Below are positions 46,825 through 57,171 of a stretch of DNA of 64,000 nt, piece by piece. The stretch spans positions 1-64,000 of the forward strand of contig CAWEZH010000001.1 of NCBI GenBank assembly GCA_963813535.1, written 5' to 3'. The notes below the pieces were generated by a model. That model did not search any database and was not told the DNA's origin. It saw only the letters and a list, made by a program, of their open reading frames with translations. The stretch is from an uncultured Chloroflexia bacterium. GTDB lineage: Bacteria > Chloroflexota > Limnocylindria > Limnocylindrales > CSP1-4. The stretch's first letter is position 1, and the number at the start of each line of letters is the position of its first letter. The translations under genes and the position numbers were made by a program.

Positions 46825-48085
46825 TCGCCGCGATCACGTAGTAGACCGCCCCGAGGAGGTAGGCGGCGCGCGGTCCCGCCCCGAGGCCAAGACCGATGTT
46901 CACGGTGTCGAGCAGGAGGCCGGCCGTCGCGACGGCGATCACGGTGGCGGACGTCGTGGCGACGTTCGACAGCCCCATGTAGCGCCCCGATGACGCCTTG
47001 GGGATGATGTCGGTCATCAGTGCCCAGTCGACCGCCAGGAACGTGCCGGCCGAAGCACCGAACAGCGCTCCGCCGACGATCGCTACGGACGTCGAGGGGG
47101 CGAGCGCAGCCAGCATGACCCCGATCCCCCCGATCAGACAGCTGGCGTAGATGACCGGCTTGCGGCCGATCCGGTCCGACAGGCGCGCGGACGGGATGAT
47201 CGACACGATGCTTGTGACCGCGATCGTGGCGAGCAAGACGAAGTTCGTCGAGTTGGCACCGTCCTCGTCGAGCCCGTGGGTCTGCTTCAGGTACGTGATG
47301 AACAGGTTGACGAGGACGGCGCCGCCCATGAGGAAGAAGAACCGCGAGGTCAGCAACCAGACGTAGGACCGCTCCTGGAGGACGTCGGTCGCCCACGCCT
47401 CGCGAGCGATGACGGACCACGACCTGCCCTTCCGGGGCTTCGGTGGCTGACCCTCGCCGACCCGCGCGACGACGGCGATCATCGTCACCAGTTCGACCAC
47501 CGCCACCGCCGCGATGGCCAGCTCGATCCGGTTGTAGACGACCACGGCGATCGTGACCAGGGCGAAGCCGATGACGTTGCCGAGGACCTGCATCAGGCCG
47601 ACCATGGCGCTGGCCAACCCGACCTGCTTCTCCGGCACGAGGTCGGGCACGTATCCCTGGAACGGACCTCGGGCGATGTTCGTGCTGAACGCCAGGAGGG
47701 CAACGAAGGCGCCGAGCATCAGGATCGTGCTCGACAGCGCGATGCCGGTCAGGAAGACGAGGTCGAGCAGCGACCCGACGACGATGTACGGCTTGCGTCG
47801 ACCCCAGCGGCTGACGGTGTAGTCGCTGATCGAACCGATCGTCGGCTGGACGAGGATCGAGATCACCGCCACCGGGATCGAGAGCAAGAACAGGATCCGG
47901 CCGACCTCGTTGGGATCCACCGCCATCGGCCCGAAGTTGAGGCGGTTCTGGATGAACACGCCGACCGCGCCGTCGATCGCGGTCAGGCCCAGCCAGTACA
48001 GCGAGATCCGGATCAGGTGGCCGATCGGCAGCGTGGCGGTCGGTCGGAGATAGGGCTCGTCTGCGAGCGTTGCTTCTGCCTGCAT
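46757..48085 (-). CDS. MFS transporter
   Basis: GSISDYTVSRWGRRKP and LSDRIGRK. Confidence 0.9.
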   Translation of the reverse strand: MQAEATLADEPYLRPTATLPIGHLIRISLYWLGLTAIDGAVGVFIQNRLNFGPMAVDPNEVGRILFLLSIPVAVISILVQPTIGSISDYTVSRWGRRKPYIVVGSLLDLVFLTGIALSSTILMLGAFVALLAFSTNIARGPFQGYVPDLVPEKQVGLASAMVGLMQVLGNVIGFALVTIAVVVYNRIELAIAAVAVVELVTMIAVVARVGEGQPPKPRKGRSWSVIAREAWATDVLQERSYVWLLTSRFFFLMGGAVLVNLFITYLKQTHGLDEDGANSTNFVLLATIAVTSIVSIIPSARLSDRIGRKPVIYASCLIGGIGVMLAALAPSTSVAIVGGALFGASAGTFLAVDWALMTDIIPKASSGRYMGLSNVATTSATVIAVATAGLLLDTVNIGLGLGAGPRAAYLLGAVYYVIAAITLRPVVEPPRSERRAAGMPTG

Positions 48086-48140
48086 CGCGAGGCACCTCTT
48101 GGGCCGAGGATGTCGGACGCTCTATGCCCTCGGTCGAATG

Positions 48141-48860
48141 CTACGACGCGCCCGTCGGTCTCCCGTTACGGTCGAGGTCGATGGCCTGCGTCTGGCGGAC
48201 CAGCCGCCGGTCGACGGCGCCCGGCGCGGCGAACCGGAACAGCGACCGATCGAGCGAATACAGGCCGGTGCTGACGATGCCGATGCGACCGAGGCGGAAC
48301 GTGAAGACGGGGTTCTCCGTGTTGCCGGCGTAGTGGGTCGGCGTGCCATCCCGGGTCAGGACCGCGAGATTGGCGTGTCCGCCGAACTCGTCGTGGAGGC
48401 GCGCGAGGGTCCTCGCCGATGGTTCATCCGGGCGCCAGGCGTCCTCGAGCCAGCGTTCGGCGACCTCCGTGTCGGCACGCCCGTGGATGCGACCTTGCTG
48501 CTGATATCGGGTCCGAGCCGGTCGCCAGTCGCGAAGGTCACCGTTGTGCGAGAAGGCGAAGCGGCCATCCGGGTCGTCGAACGGCTGCGAATCGGGCAAC
48601 TGGAGGGTGGACAGCCGCGACGGTCGCCGGAGGTGGACGAGCAACGCCGTCGTCTCCTCCCGGCCGACGCGGGCTGCTCCGTCGGTGTCATCGCGGAACG
48701 CCTGCAGGTCGCGGTGACTGCACAGCCGCCCGTCGGCCCGAAGCCAGGATGCGCCCCAGCCGAAGCCCGCCAGCCCGAACCGCTCGAGCCGTTCCGTGAA
48801 TGGCCCCAGCTCGGCGATCTGAAAGGGCTCAGCGGATCGCGCGATGAACTGCTCGCACAT
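48141..48860 (-). CDS. Class II glutamine amidotransferase-like Ntn hydrolase (EgtC/YafJ-like)
   Basis: N-terminal Met-Cys, GWG, HLRR, QPF, HNG and DTE. Confidence 0.85.
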   Translation of the reverse strand: MCEQFIARSAEPFQIAELGPFTERLERFGLAGFGWGASWLRADGRLCSHRDLQAFRDDTDGAARVGREETTALLVHLRRPSRLSTLQLPDSQPFDDPDGRFAFSHNGDLRDWRPARTRYQQQGRIHGRADTEVAERWLEDAWRPDEPSARTLARLHDEFGGHANLAVLTRDGTPTHYAGNTENPVFTFRLGRIGIVSTGLYSLDRSLFRFAAPGAVDRRLVRQTQAIDLDRNGRPTGAS

Positions 48861-48901
48861 CGCCGGGATGATACGCGCCGACCGCGGTGCGACAGGGCCG
48901 A

Positions 48902-49195
48902 TCAGGGCGCGAGGCGGCTCCTGATCTCGTGTTCGTACTCGGGGAAGTAGCGGCTCACCTCCGACACGTCGAACGAGCGCAGGATCGACTCCTTCGGTTC
49001 GCGTTCGAGAAGAAAATCGAAGGTCTCGTAGAGAAGCCGCTCGACATCGGCGGCGTCGGCGGCCGCGGCAAGGCTCGTGGCGTCGGAGGCTGCGATGGTG
49101 ACGGCGTGACTCGACGAGCCGCGGTCGTCGCGCACGGTCACGGTGCAGCGCCAACCGTCGGGCGCCGGCTCGCATCGGGCATCGATGTCGCTCAT
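48902..49195 (-). CDS. Small hypothetical protein (97 aa)
   Basis: ATG overlaps the nei stop; distinctive C-terminus FLLEREPKESILRSF...YFPEYE. Confidence 0.8.
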   Translation of the reverse strand: MSDIDARCEPAPDGWRCTVTVRDDRGSSSHAVTIAASDATSLAAAADAADVERLLYETFDFLLEREPKESILRSFDVSEVSRYFPEYEHEIRSRLAP

Positions 49196-49977
49196 CGCGG
49201 TCCACTCTGGCAGGTCGGGCACCAGTACGTCGTGCGTGGGATCTCCGTGGACAACGGACCCGAGCGGATCAGGGTGCCGCACCGCGGACACGGTCGTCCG
49301 GCGCGCCGGTACACCCGCATCGGAACCCGACCGGGTGCGGCAGCGGCACCGTGCGTGAGCAACCGGCGAGCGGTCGTGACCAGCCGGCCCAGCGTGGCAT
49401 CGTCGAGGTCAGCCACGGCGACGAATGGATCGACGCGCTCGGCAAACAGCGTCTCGTTGCGCCAGATGTTGCCGATGCCGGCCAGTGCCCGCTGATCCAG
49501 GAGCGCGGCGCTGATCGACATCGATGAGCGTTCGGGAGAGCGCAACCGACGCTGCGCTTCCGCCGAGTCGAAGTCGGGCGACAGCAGATCGGGTCCAAGC
49601 CGGGACAGGGACGGATGGAGGGGTTCCGCGCGGGACTCGAACAGCTCGACGACCGGCGCGTCGAAGCAGACCGCGACCGCGCCATCGACCTCGAGCACCA
49701 ACCGGGCTCGACCCGGTGGTCGACGCCACCGCTCACCCGGCCGATAGCGGTGCCAGGAGCCGTTCATCCGCAGATGCGTCCGGAGCTCGAGACCGCCATC
49801 GAAGCGGATCAACAGGTTCTTGCCGTGCGCTTCGACCGCGTCGACGCGCTTGCCAACCACCCGTTGGATCTGTGGGACCGCTCCGGGACCCTGGGCTCGC
49901 GCCGCGATCACGTCCCGGCCGACGAGGTACGGTCGCAGACCCGCCGCGGTCCGGAAGAGCGTGTCGCCCTCAGGCAT
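49192..49977 (-). CDS. nei: Fpg/Nei family DNA glycosylase (endonuclease VIII-like)
   Basis: N-terminal PEGD, HLRMNG, H2TH motif (LLDQ..AGIGN) and CPRC/CPTC zinc finger. Confidence 0.94.
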   Translation of the reverse strand: MPEGDTLFRTAAGLRPYLVGRDVIAARAQGPGAVPQIQRVVGKRVDAVEAHGKNLLIRFDGGLELRTHLRMNGSWHRYRPGERWRRPPGRARLVLEVDGAVAVCFDAPVVELFESRAEPLHPSLSRLGPDLLSPDFDSAEAQRRLRSPERSSMSISAALLDQRALAGIGNIWRNETLFAERVDPFVAVADLDDATLGRLVTTARRLLTHGAAAAPGRVPMRVYRRAGRPCPRCGTLIRSGPLSTEIPRTTYWCPTCQSGPR

Positions 49978-49997
49978 GCGTGCCGATCAGCCCACGC

Positions 49998-52900
49998 TCA
50001 GCGAGGCGCACGCAGGACGAGGCCGCGGTACCCAGCCGAGAAACCGGCCTGGAGCAGCCGCTCGCGCCACGGCGATTCCCCCACGGCGACGCCATCGATC
50101 TTGCGGATGACGAGCTCGCGGGCGCGTCCGGTCCCGACGATCGACGTCAGCCCGCGGAGCGCCGACTCGGCGACGTCCGGGTCGTCGGCGGCCGGCAGGG
50201 TCTGGATCGTGGCCCCGCCGCGCTCGAGGTACAGAGCGGCGATGCCGTCGACCAGCACGACGTACGCGCCGGCAGCCCGCTGGAACGGCCGCCGATCATC
50301 GTCACCGCGGCGAGGCCAGGCGAGCGCGGCACCGTACGGATTCGCGGGGTCGGCCGCCGCGAGGACGTGGACGGCCGGTGCGGCCGAGCCTTCCTCTCCA
50401 TCCCGCACGGCGCGAAGTCGGTCGAGCGCGCCGGCCAGGGCGAATTGCGCCGCGCCGAGCCCGTCGACGAAGTAGCCGCGCCGGATCCGGCCCGCCTCCT
50501 CGAGCGCCCGGAGCACCGGGTACACGCCGGAGAAGCCGCCCTCGAGCCCCTCCGACACGACGGCCTCCCGTGTCAGGACCCCATGACGTTCCAGGAGAGC
50601 GAGTGCCTGCGCGTGGAGCCGCTCGGTCGGCGTCACCCCGTCGATCGGCTCGACGAGCGACCAGCGACCCGCCGCCTCGGGTGGTCCCAGCGCGGTGAGC
50701 CGACCTGGGCGAGCGCGACGAGCACCCGACCCCGGACCGGTGGGTCGCTTCCAGCGCAGCGCGCGCAGCGGCGCGAACGTGTCGTTGGTGACTTCGCCCG
50801 CCCAGACCAGGTCCCACAGCGCGTCGAGCATCTCGCGGTCCGAGCCACCACCCGCCGCCGCATGGACCGCGCGGTAGAAGCTCGCCCCGCGGCCAGCGAG
50901 GTGCTCGCGGATCTTCTCGTGGCGCGGGCTCGACGGCCGCGACGTCGCGTCGTCGTTCGCGTCGACCAGTGCGTGGGGCCGGAGGATCTCGCGCTCGGGC
51001 CGATAGAGGGCGATCCGCCCGTCGTCGCGGCCGAGGCTGCCCCGCCCGACCCACGCGACCTCTCCCATCGCGCCGAGCTCGTCGAGGAGGCGCGGGGTGT
51101 AGCCAGGGACTCGCGCCGGCAGGACGTCCCGTTCCAGGACCGATGCCGGGATCGCGACACCGGCGAGCTGGTCGACGATCTCGGCCAGTCTCTCCATCGC
51201 GGCCGTGCCGCGGAAGAGCGGCGGGTCGGCGCCGGGTCCGGCGGCCGGTGCGATCCCGTGCCAGGCGGGCAGGAACCGGCCGAGCGCCGCCGGGTCGACC
51301 GGTTCGACCTCACGCCGCAGGCGCGCCAGCGAACGGCGGCGAAGGAGGCGCAGGACATCGGCATCGGACCACTCGCGTTCCACGCCACCCGGCCGGAACT
51401 CGCCCCGGATGATCGTTCCTGCGGCAAGCAGCCGCTCGAGCGCGTCGTCGACGATGCCGACGGGCAGACCCCAACGCGCCGCCGGGTCCGGCGTCAGGAA
51501 CGGGCCGTGGGTGCGGGCGTACCGGGCGAGCAGACCGTCGAGTGCGCCCACGGCGGGAGCCAGGAACGCCTCGGGTACGCCAACGGGTGCGGTGACGCCG
51601 ACGCCGTCACGGTAGCGTGCGACGTCCTCGATCGCGATCCAGCGGTCGTCGCCCGCCATCCGGACGCGCACAGCCCGCCGGCCACCCTCGAGATCCGCCA
51701 GCCACGGTCGGACCGCGTCGGACCCACCGACCACGCGCGCAGCGAGCTCGTCGGTCGACAGGTCGCCGAGCCGGCGCAGCAGGTCGTGCACCTGGTCGAC
51801 CGTCGTCGCCTGGCGATCCTCGGCCAGGGCCTGGAGCGACAGCTCGAGGTCGGCGAGCGCCTCGGGATCGAGCAGCTCGCGCAGCTCCTCCTGGCCGAGC
51901 AGCTCGCGGAGGAGGTCGCGGTCGAGCGTGAGGGCACCGGCCCGCCGCTCGGCCAGCGGAGCGTCGCCTTCGTACATATAGGCCGCCACGTAGTCGAAGA
52001 GCAGGCTGCTCGCGAACGGACTCGCGCGGGGCGTCTCGACGCCATGGACCGCGATCTCCCGACTCGCCACACCGCGCAGGACGTCGCGCAAGGCGTCGAG
52101 GTCGAAGACGTCCGACAAGCACTCCCGGTAGGTCTCGACGAGGATCGGGAAGCTGCCATAGCGACTCGCCACCGACAGCAGGTCGGCCGCTCTCTGGCGC
52201 TGCTGCCACAGCGGCGTGCGGGTGCCCGGGCGGCGGCGCGGCAACAGCAGCGCACGGGCGGCGTTCTCGCGGAAGCGACTCGCGAACAACGCGGAGTTCG
52301 CGACCTGACCGACGACCAGGTCCTCGATGTCCTCGGCCGCCGGGAACAGGAGATCCTCGATGCCGTCGACGCTCCCCTGCCCTTCCGGGAGACGGATGGC
52401 GATGCCGTCGTCGGACCAGATCGTCTGGACCTCCGTCCCGAGCCGATCGGCGAGGCGCGCCTCGATCCCGAGCGACCACGGGGCGTGGACCCGACCGCCG
52501 AACGGCGTCAGCAGGGTCAGCCGCCAGTCCCCGAGCTCGTCGCGGAACCGCTCGACCACGACCCGTTTGTCGGTCGGCAGGGCTCCGGTCGCTTCACGCT
52601 CGTCCTCGAGGTAGTCCAGCAGGTTCTTGGCCGCCCGGTCGTCGAGGTCGTGGTGTTCGCGGAGACGATCGTGCGCTGCCTGCCGGCCCTTCGGACCGCG
52701 CTGCAGGTCGCCTTGGATCTCGCCGACGAACGCGCCGAGTGCGCGGCCCAGCTCGATCGGGCGGCCGACGGCGTCCCCCTTCCAGAATGGCAGCTTGCCG
52801 GGGACGCCTGGGGCAGGCGTGACAGTGACCCGGTCGTGGCTGATGTCCTGGACGCGCCAGGAGCTGGCACCCAGGACGACCACATCCCCGTGCATCCCGG

Positions 52901-54578
52901 CTCGCAGCTCGTAGACCATCTCTTCGTCGAGCTCGCCGACGCGCCGACCCGGCGTGCCGGCCTCGCCCTCCATGAACACGCCGAACAGCCCCCGGTCGGG
53001 GATGGTCCCGCCGCTGGTCACGGCCACGACCCGGGCGTCGCGCCGACCCTCGATGGTGTCGGTGACGCGGTCCCACACGAGACGCGGCTTGAGCTCGGCG
53101 AACTCGTCGGATGGGTATGCGCCAGCGAGCATGCCCAGCACGCCGTCGAGGACGTCGCGGGTCAGCGTCTCGTACGGCGCCGCCGCAGTGACGGTCCGGA
53201 ACAGGTCGTCGCCGGTCCATCGATCCATGACGGTCATGGCGACGATCTGCTGGGCGAGGACATCGAGTGGGTTGCGCGGGATGCGCGTCTCCTCGATCTC
53301 ACCCTCGTGCATGCGCCGCGTGACGACCGCGACCTCGAGCAGGTCGCCGCGGTACTTCGGGAAGATGACGCCCTTGCTCGGGGCGCCGACCTGGTGCCCG
53401 GCTCGGCCAACGCGCTGGAGACCCCGGGCGACACTCGTCGGCGATTCGACCTGGATGACCAGGTCGACGGCGCCCATGTCGATGCCGAGCTCGAGCGAGC
53501 TCGTGGCGACCAGCGCCGGGAGGCGGCCGGCCTTGAGCTCCTCCTCGATCTCGAGACGCTGCTCGCGGGCGATGCTGCCGTGATGGGCGCGGACGAGGTC
53601 CTCGCCGGCCAGCTCGTTGAGGCGCTGGGCGAGTCGCTCACTGAGCCGTCGGCTGTTGGTGAAGACGATCGTGCTGCGGTGGCTCCGGATCAGCTCGAGG
53701 ATCCGCGGGTGGATGGCCGGCCAGATGCTCGAGCGCGCGTCCGGGCTGATGGCCGGCCCGCCTGGCTGCTGCTCCTGGGGAAGGACATCGCCAAGGGCGG
53801 CCATGTCGTCGACCGGGATGACGACCTCGAGCTCGAGCGGCTTGCGCGCACCGGCATCGACGACGGTGACCTCACGGTCGGGGCCGATGCCACCGAGGAA
53901 CCGAGCGATCGTGTCGAGTGGTCGTTGCGTGGCGGACAGGCCGATCCGCTGCGGGGGCGGGGTCGTCTCGGCGTCTCGGAGCCGGTCGAGGCGTTCGAGG
54001 CTGAGAGCGAGATGGGCGCCCCGCTTCGTGCCGGCGATCGCATGCACCTCATCGATGATCACGTGCTCGACGTTGTGCAGGATCTCGCGCGCCTGGCTCG
54101 TCAGCAGGAGGTACAGGCTCTCGGGGGTGGTGATGAGGATGTCGGGCGGCCGGCGGGCGATCTCCCGTCGGTCCTCGCTGGGCGTGTCGCCGGTCCGGCT
54201 GGCGACGGTGATCGTCGGAGCCGCATCGCCGAGCTTCTGGGCGGCGAGTCCGATGCCGGTGAGAGGTGCCCGGAGATTTCGCTCGACGTCGTAGGTCAGC
54301 GCCTTGAGTGGCGAGACATAGAGGACACGAACGTGACCGGGGTCCTGCTTGGTGGCAGCCGGGCTGGGATCCCGGGCGAGCCGGTCCAGCGCGAACAGGA
54401 ACGCAGCCAGGGTCTTGCCGCTGCCGGTCGGGGCATGGATCAGCGTGTGCTCGCCCCGGGCGATGGCCTCCCAGCCCCGCGTCTGGGCGTCGGTGGGCGC
54501 CTCGAAACTGGCTTCGAACCATGCGCGGACTGCGGGTGAGAACGGCGCGAACGGGTCGGCGGGAACGATGGTGGCCAC
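49998..54578 (-). CDS. lhr: Long Lhr helicase with C-terminal winged-helix/glycosylase-like extension
   Basis: APTGSGKT, DEVH, SAT, HHGS, SSLELGID and QRVGRAGH; about 1526 aa; C-terminal AADPANPYG. Confidence 0.95.
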   Translation of the reverse strand: MATIVPADPFAPFSPAVRAWFEASFEAPTDAQTRGWEAIARGEHTLIHAPTGSGKTLAAFLFALDRLARDPSPAATKQDPGHVRVLYVSPLKALTYDVERNLRAPLTGIGLAAQKLGDAAPTITVASRTGDTPSEDRREIARRPPDILITTPESLYLLLTSQAREILHNVEHVIIDEVHAIAGTKRGAHLALSLERLDRLRDAETTPPPQRIGLSATQRPLDTIARFLGGIGPDREVTVVDAGARKPLELEVVIPVDDMAALGDVLPQEQQPGGPAISPDARSSIWPAIHPRILELIRSHRSTIVFTNSRRLSERLAQRLNELAGEDLVRAHHGSIAREQRLEIEEELKAGRLPALVATSSLELGIDMGAVDLVIQVESPTSVARGLQRVGRAGHQVGAPSKGVIFPKYRGDLLEVAVVTRRMHEGEIEETRIPRNPLDVLAQQIVAMTVMDRWTGDDLFRTVTAAAPYETLTRDVLDGVLGMLAGAYPSDEFAELKPRLVWDRVTDTIEGRRDARVVAVTSGGTIPDRGLFGVFMEGEAGTPGRRVGELDEEMVYELRAGMHGDVVVLGASSWRVQDISHDRVTVTPAPGVPGKLPFWKGDAVGRPIELGRALGAFVGEIQGDLQRGPKGRQAAHDRLREHHDLDDRAAKNLLDYLEDEREATGALPTDKRVVVERFRDELGDWRLTLLTPFGGRVHAPWSLGIEARLADRLGTEVQTIWSDDGIAIRLPEGQGSVDGIEDLLFPAAEDIEDLVVGQVANSALFASRFRENAARALLLPRRRPGTRTPLWQQRQRAADLLSVASRYGSFPILVETYRECLSDVFDLDALRDVLRGVASREIAVHGVETPRASPFASSLLFDYVAAYMYEGDAPLAERRAGALTLDRDLLRELLGQEELRELLDPEALADLELSLQALAEDRQATTVDQVHDLLRRLGDLSTDELAARVVGGSDAVRPWLADLEGGRRAVRVRMAGDDRWIAIEDVARYRDGVGVTAPVGVPEAFLAPAVGALDGLLARYARTHGPFLTPDPAARWGLPVGIVDDALERLLAAGTIIRGEFRPGGVEREWSDADVLRLLRRRSLARLRREVEPVDPAALGRFLPAWHGIAPAAGPGADPPLFRGTAAMERLAEIVDQLAGVAIPASVLERDVLPARVPGYTPRLLDELGAMGEVAWVGRGSLGRDDGRIALYRPEREILRPHALVDANDDATSRPSSPRHEKIREHLAGRGASFYRAVHAAAGGGSDREMLDALWDLVWAGEVTNDTFAPLRALRWKRPTGPGSGARRARPGRLTALGPPEAAGRWSLVEPIDGVTPTERLHAQALALLERHGVLTREAVVSEGLEGGFSGVYPVLRALEEAGRIRRGYFVDGLGAAQFALAGALDRLRAVRDGEEGSAAPAVHVLAAADPANPYGAALAWPRRGDDDRRPFQRAAGAYVVLVDGIAALYLERGGATIQTLPAADDPDVAESALRGLTSIVGTGRARELVIRKIDGVAVGESPWRERLLQAGFSAGYRGLVLRAPR

Positions 54579-54587
54579 GGACCTTGC

Positions 54588-54624
54588 AGTATAGGGTCCC
54601 GGGCACGTTTCGACCACATGTTCG
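54588..54624 (-). promoter_or_regulatory. lhr promoter with a putative LexA (Cheo-type) box
   Basis: Minus strand CGAACATGTGGTCG (54624-54611) is one mismatch from CGAAC-N4-GTTCG and overlaps the -35 position of a TATACT -10 (54593-54588). Confidence 0.65.
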
Positions 54625-54657
54625 GTTTGCGACGAGATCCGATCGACGGGTCGGCCG

Positions 54658-56430
54658 CTAGGACACGACCGAGTCGATCAAGGCGCGCACCTCCGCCACC
54701 GACCCTGCGCGCAATGCCTCATGTGCGATCGCTGCGCAGGTCCCTGGGTCCAGGCCGAGCAGGGCGCTTCGCACGGATGCGATCGCGCTGGGGGTGACGC
54801 TCAGCTCATCCACGCCCAGCCCGACAAGCAGTGGGATGACCATCGGATCCGCGGCTGCCTCGCCGCACACCCCGACATGTCGTCCTCTGGTTCGGGCGGC
54901 GCGAACGACGCCCCCGATGAGCCTGATGATCGCCGGCTGAAGGGCGGATGCGAGGTCGGCGAGCTCCGGGTTCGTCCGGTCCGCCGCGAGCGTGTACTGC
55001 ACGAGGTCGTTCGTCCCGATCGAGAAGAACTCGGCAGTCTCGGCGAGCGTGTCGGCCATGATGGCGGCTGATGGCACCTCGATCATCACCCCGAGGGAGA
55101 TGCTCGCAGGCCGGGCTCCCGAGGATGCCTCCACACGCTCGGTCGCCGTGTCGAGACGCTCGCGCACCGACTGGAATTCTTCGCGAGTGGCGATCATCGG
55201 CACCATGACGCGGAGCTCGGCAGTGCCGGCCGCAAGCACCAATGCCGTGAGCTGGTCGTCGAGCGTCTGTGGCAACCGACGTGCAAGCCGGACACCACGT
55301 ACGCCGAGCGCCGGGTTCGACTCCGCGGGACCAGTCTGCCAGGGGGCGGGCTTGTCTCCGCCAACATCGAGCGTCCGGAACACGACGGGTCGACCGTCCA
55401 TGGCGGCGCGGATCCGCGCGTAGGTCGCCCGCTGTTCCTCGACCGTCGGCGGCGTGTGGCGTCCGAGGAACAGGAGCTCGGTTCGCACCAACCCGATGCC
55501 ATCCGCCCCGGCCGATAGTGCAGCATCCGCCTCGAACGGCGATCCCACATTTGCCGCCACCCGCACGGACACGGATGAGCCGGCGGTCGTGCGATCGGAT
55601 GGATCCGGGCGGGGGCGGGTTGTCGCCTGTCGACGCTCGGTGGCGTCCTGGAGCTGCATCACGTCCACCGCACCAGGCTCGATCACGACGCGCCCGCCCG
55701 TGCCGTCGACGGCGATCCTGGCGGCGTGCGGGATGCTCGTCGTCGCCGAACCGAGCCCGAGCACCATCGGGATCCCGAGGGCCCGCGCCACGATCGCCGC
55801 GTGCCCGGTCGCGGTCCCACCGCCCAGCGCGATCCCCGCCACGAGCTCGCGGCGGAGAGTGGCGACGGCTGACGGCTCGAGATCGGTGGCCACGACCACA
55901 GCGGGTTGGCCGTCGGGATGCCACAGGTCCGGCTGCTTCTCGCCGCGGATGTGGGCTGCCACCCGTCGTCCGACATCGCGAACGTCGGCAGCTCGCTCGC
56001 GGAAGTAGTCGTCATCGACGGCAGCGAGAGCATCCGCGTGCCGCGCGGTCACGGACAGGATCGCCTCGGCCGCGGTCGCGCCCGCCGCAATCTCGGCGAG
56101 CGCGGGCTCGACGATGCCCGGGTCCGTCGCGAACAACGCCTGAGCGGCGAAGATCGCCCCGACCTCCTCGCCGGCCAGCGACGCGGTCCGTGCACCCAGG
56201 GCCTCAAGGTCGATCGCCGCCGCGTCGAGCGCTGCGCGCAGGCGGCCCGCTTCGTCATCGTCACCTGGCGGGCCACCTTGGGGTGGCCGCATCTCTGACG
56301 AGATCGGATCCGCATGCAGGGCCCGTCCGATCCCCACCCCTGGGGATCCGGGCTGCCCCGTCAATGTCCACGGTTTGCTCGGGGTCGCTCGCAACGGCAC
56401 GCCGTCGACCCCGGGCACGGTCCGAGCCAT
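54658..56430 (-). CDS. ptsI: PTS enzyme I (PEP-protein phosphotransferase)
   Basis: TGHAAIVAR phospho-His, GLVRTE, RTLDVGGDK, SIGTNDL and VCGE. Confidence 0.94.
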   Translation of the reverse strand: MARTVPGVDGVPLRATPSKPWTLTGQPGSPGVGIGRALHADPISSEMRPPQGGPPGDDDEAGRLRAALDAAAIDLEALGARTASLAGEEVGAIFAAQALFATDPGIVEPALAEIAAGATAAEAILSVTARHADALAAVDDDYFRERAADVRDVGRRVAAHIRGEKQPDLWHPDGQPAVVVATDLEPSAVATLRRELVAGIALGGGTATGHAAIVARALGIPMVLGLGSATTSIPHAARIAVDGTGGRVVIEPGAVDVMQLQDATERRQATTRPRPDPSDRTTAGSSVSVRVAANVGSPFEADAALSAGADGIGLVRTELLFLGRHTPPTVEEQRATYARIRAAMDGRPVVFRTLDVGGDKPAPWQTGPAESNPALGVRGVRLARRLPQTLDDQLTALVLAAGTAELRVMVPMIATREEFQSVRERLDTATERVEASSGARPASISLGVMIEVPSAAIMADTLAETAEFFSIGTNDLVQYTLAADRTNPELADLASALQPAIIRLIGGVVRAARTRGRHVGVCGEAAADPMVIPLLVGLGVDELSVTPSAIASVRSALLGLDPGTCAAIAHEALRAGSVAEVRALIDSVVS

Positions 56431-56434
56431 CGTG

Positions 56435-57112
56435 TCAGTCGCTCCCGGCGACATCCGCCAGCGCACGCAGCAGCAGCGCGGACGAGGTTGCCCCGGGGTC
56501 CTGGTGACCGATCGAGCGTTCGCCCAGGTATGACGCTCGACCCTTCGTCGCAAGCATCGGAACCGTGGCGGAGGCTCCTGCCTCGGCGGCGTCGGCCATC
56601 GCGAGGGTCACCGCCGCACCGTCGGCCCCGGCGCTATCGGCCTCGCGGCCGGCGGCTACAGCCGGTATGAGGGCATCGAGCATGGTCTTCTCACCCGCAG
56701 AAGCCTTCCCGAGCGACTGGATGCCACCTATCGCCGCCTCGAGGCCTGCGACCAGGGCCCCCCGACTGCTCGTTCCCTCGGGCAACGAGGCGATGGCACC
56801 GGCGGCCCGCACCAGCGCGGTCCCGTACAGCGGACCCGCGGCGCCTCCGACGGTGCTGATCAACGTGCGGCCGGCCGCTCGGAGCCGCGCCGCACCCATA
56901 GCGAGCTCGCCCTCCGCATCGGGAAGTCCACCATCGAGGCTCGCGACGATCGCGGCAAACCCGCGGTCCATGTTGGTGCCGTGATCCCCGTCACCGATCG
57001 CCTGGTCGAGGGCGGTGAGAGCCGCCGCGTGTTCGTGGATGCGCGCCGCGGCAAGGCGCAGCCAGGCATCGATGATGTCGATCACGATTAGGTACCTCGA
57101 CGGTGTCGTCAT
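56435..57112 (-). CDS. dhaL: Dihydroxyacetone kinase ADP-binding subunit L
   Basis: LDQAIGDGDHG, GGAAGPLYG and KGRASYLGERSIGHQDPGA; start uncertain. Confidence 0.95.
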   Translation of the reverse strand: MTTPSRYLIVIDIIDAWLRLAAARIHEHAAALTALDQAIGDGDHGTNMDRGFAAIVASLDGGLPDAEGELAMGAARLRAAGRTLISTVGGAAGPLYGTALVRAAGAIASLPEGTSSRGALVAGLEAAIGGIQSLGKASAGEKTMLDALIPAVAAGREADSAGADGAAVTLAMADAAEAGASATVPMLATKGRASYLGERSIGHQDPGATSSALLLRALADVAGSD

Positions 57113-57171
57113 GCCGAGTCTAGAAGGCGGCCGCCGCGCGAAGGCATCCTGCGCGGCGGCCACCGTGGTGG

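Noticed and set aside
49524-54539. 1671-aa plus-strand ORF opposite lhr, and similar long antisense ORFs (e.g. 42426-44573, 23290-25416, 13101-15284)
   Set aside because: These are shadow frames of well-supported genes. High GC suppresses stop codons and the translations show no motifs.
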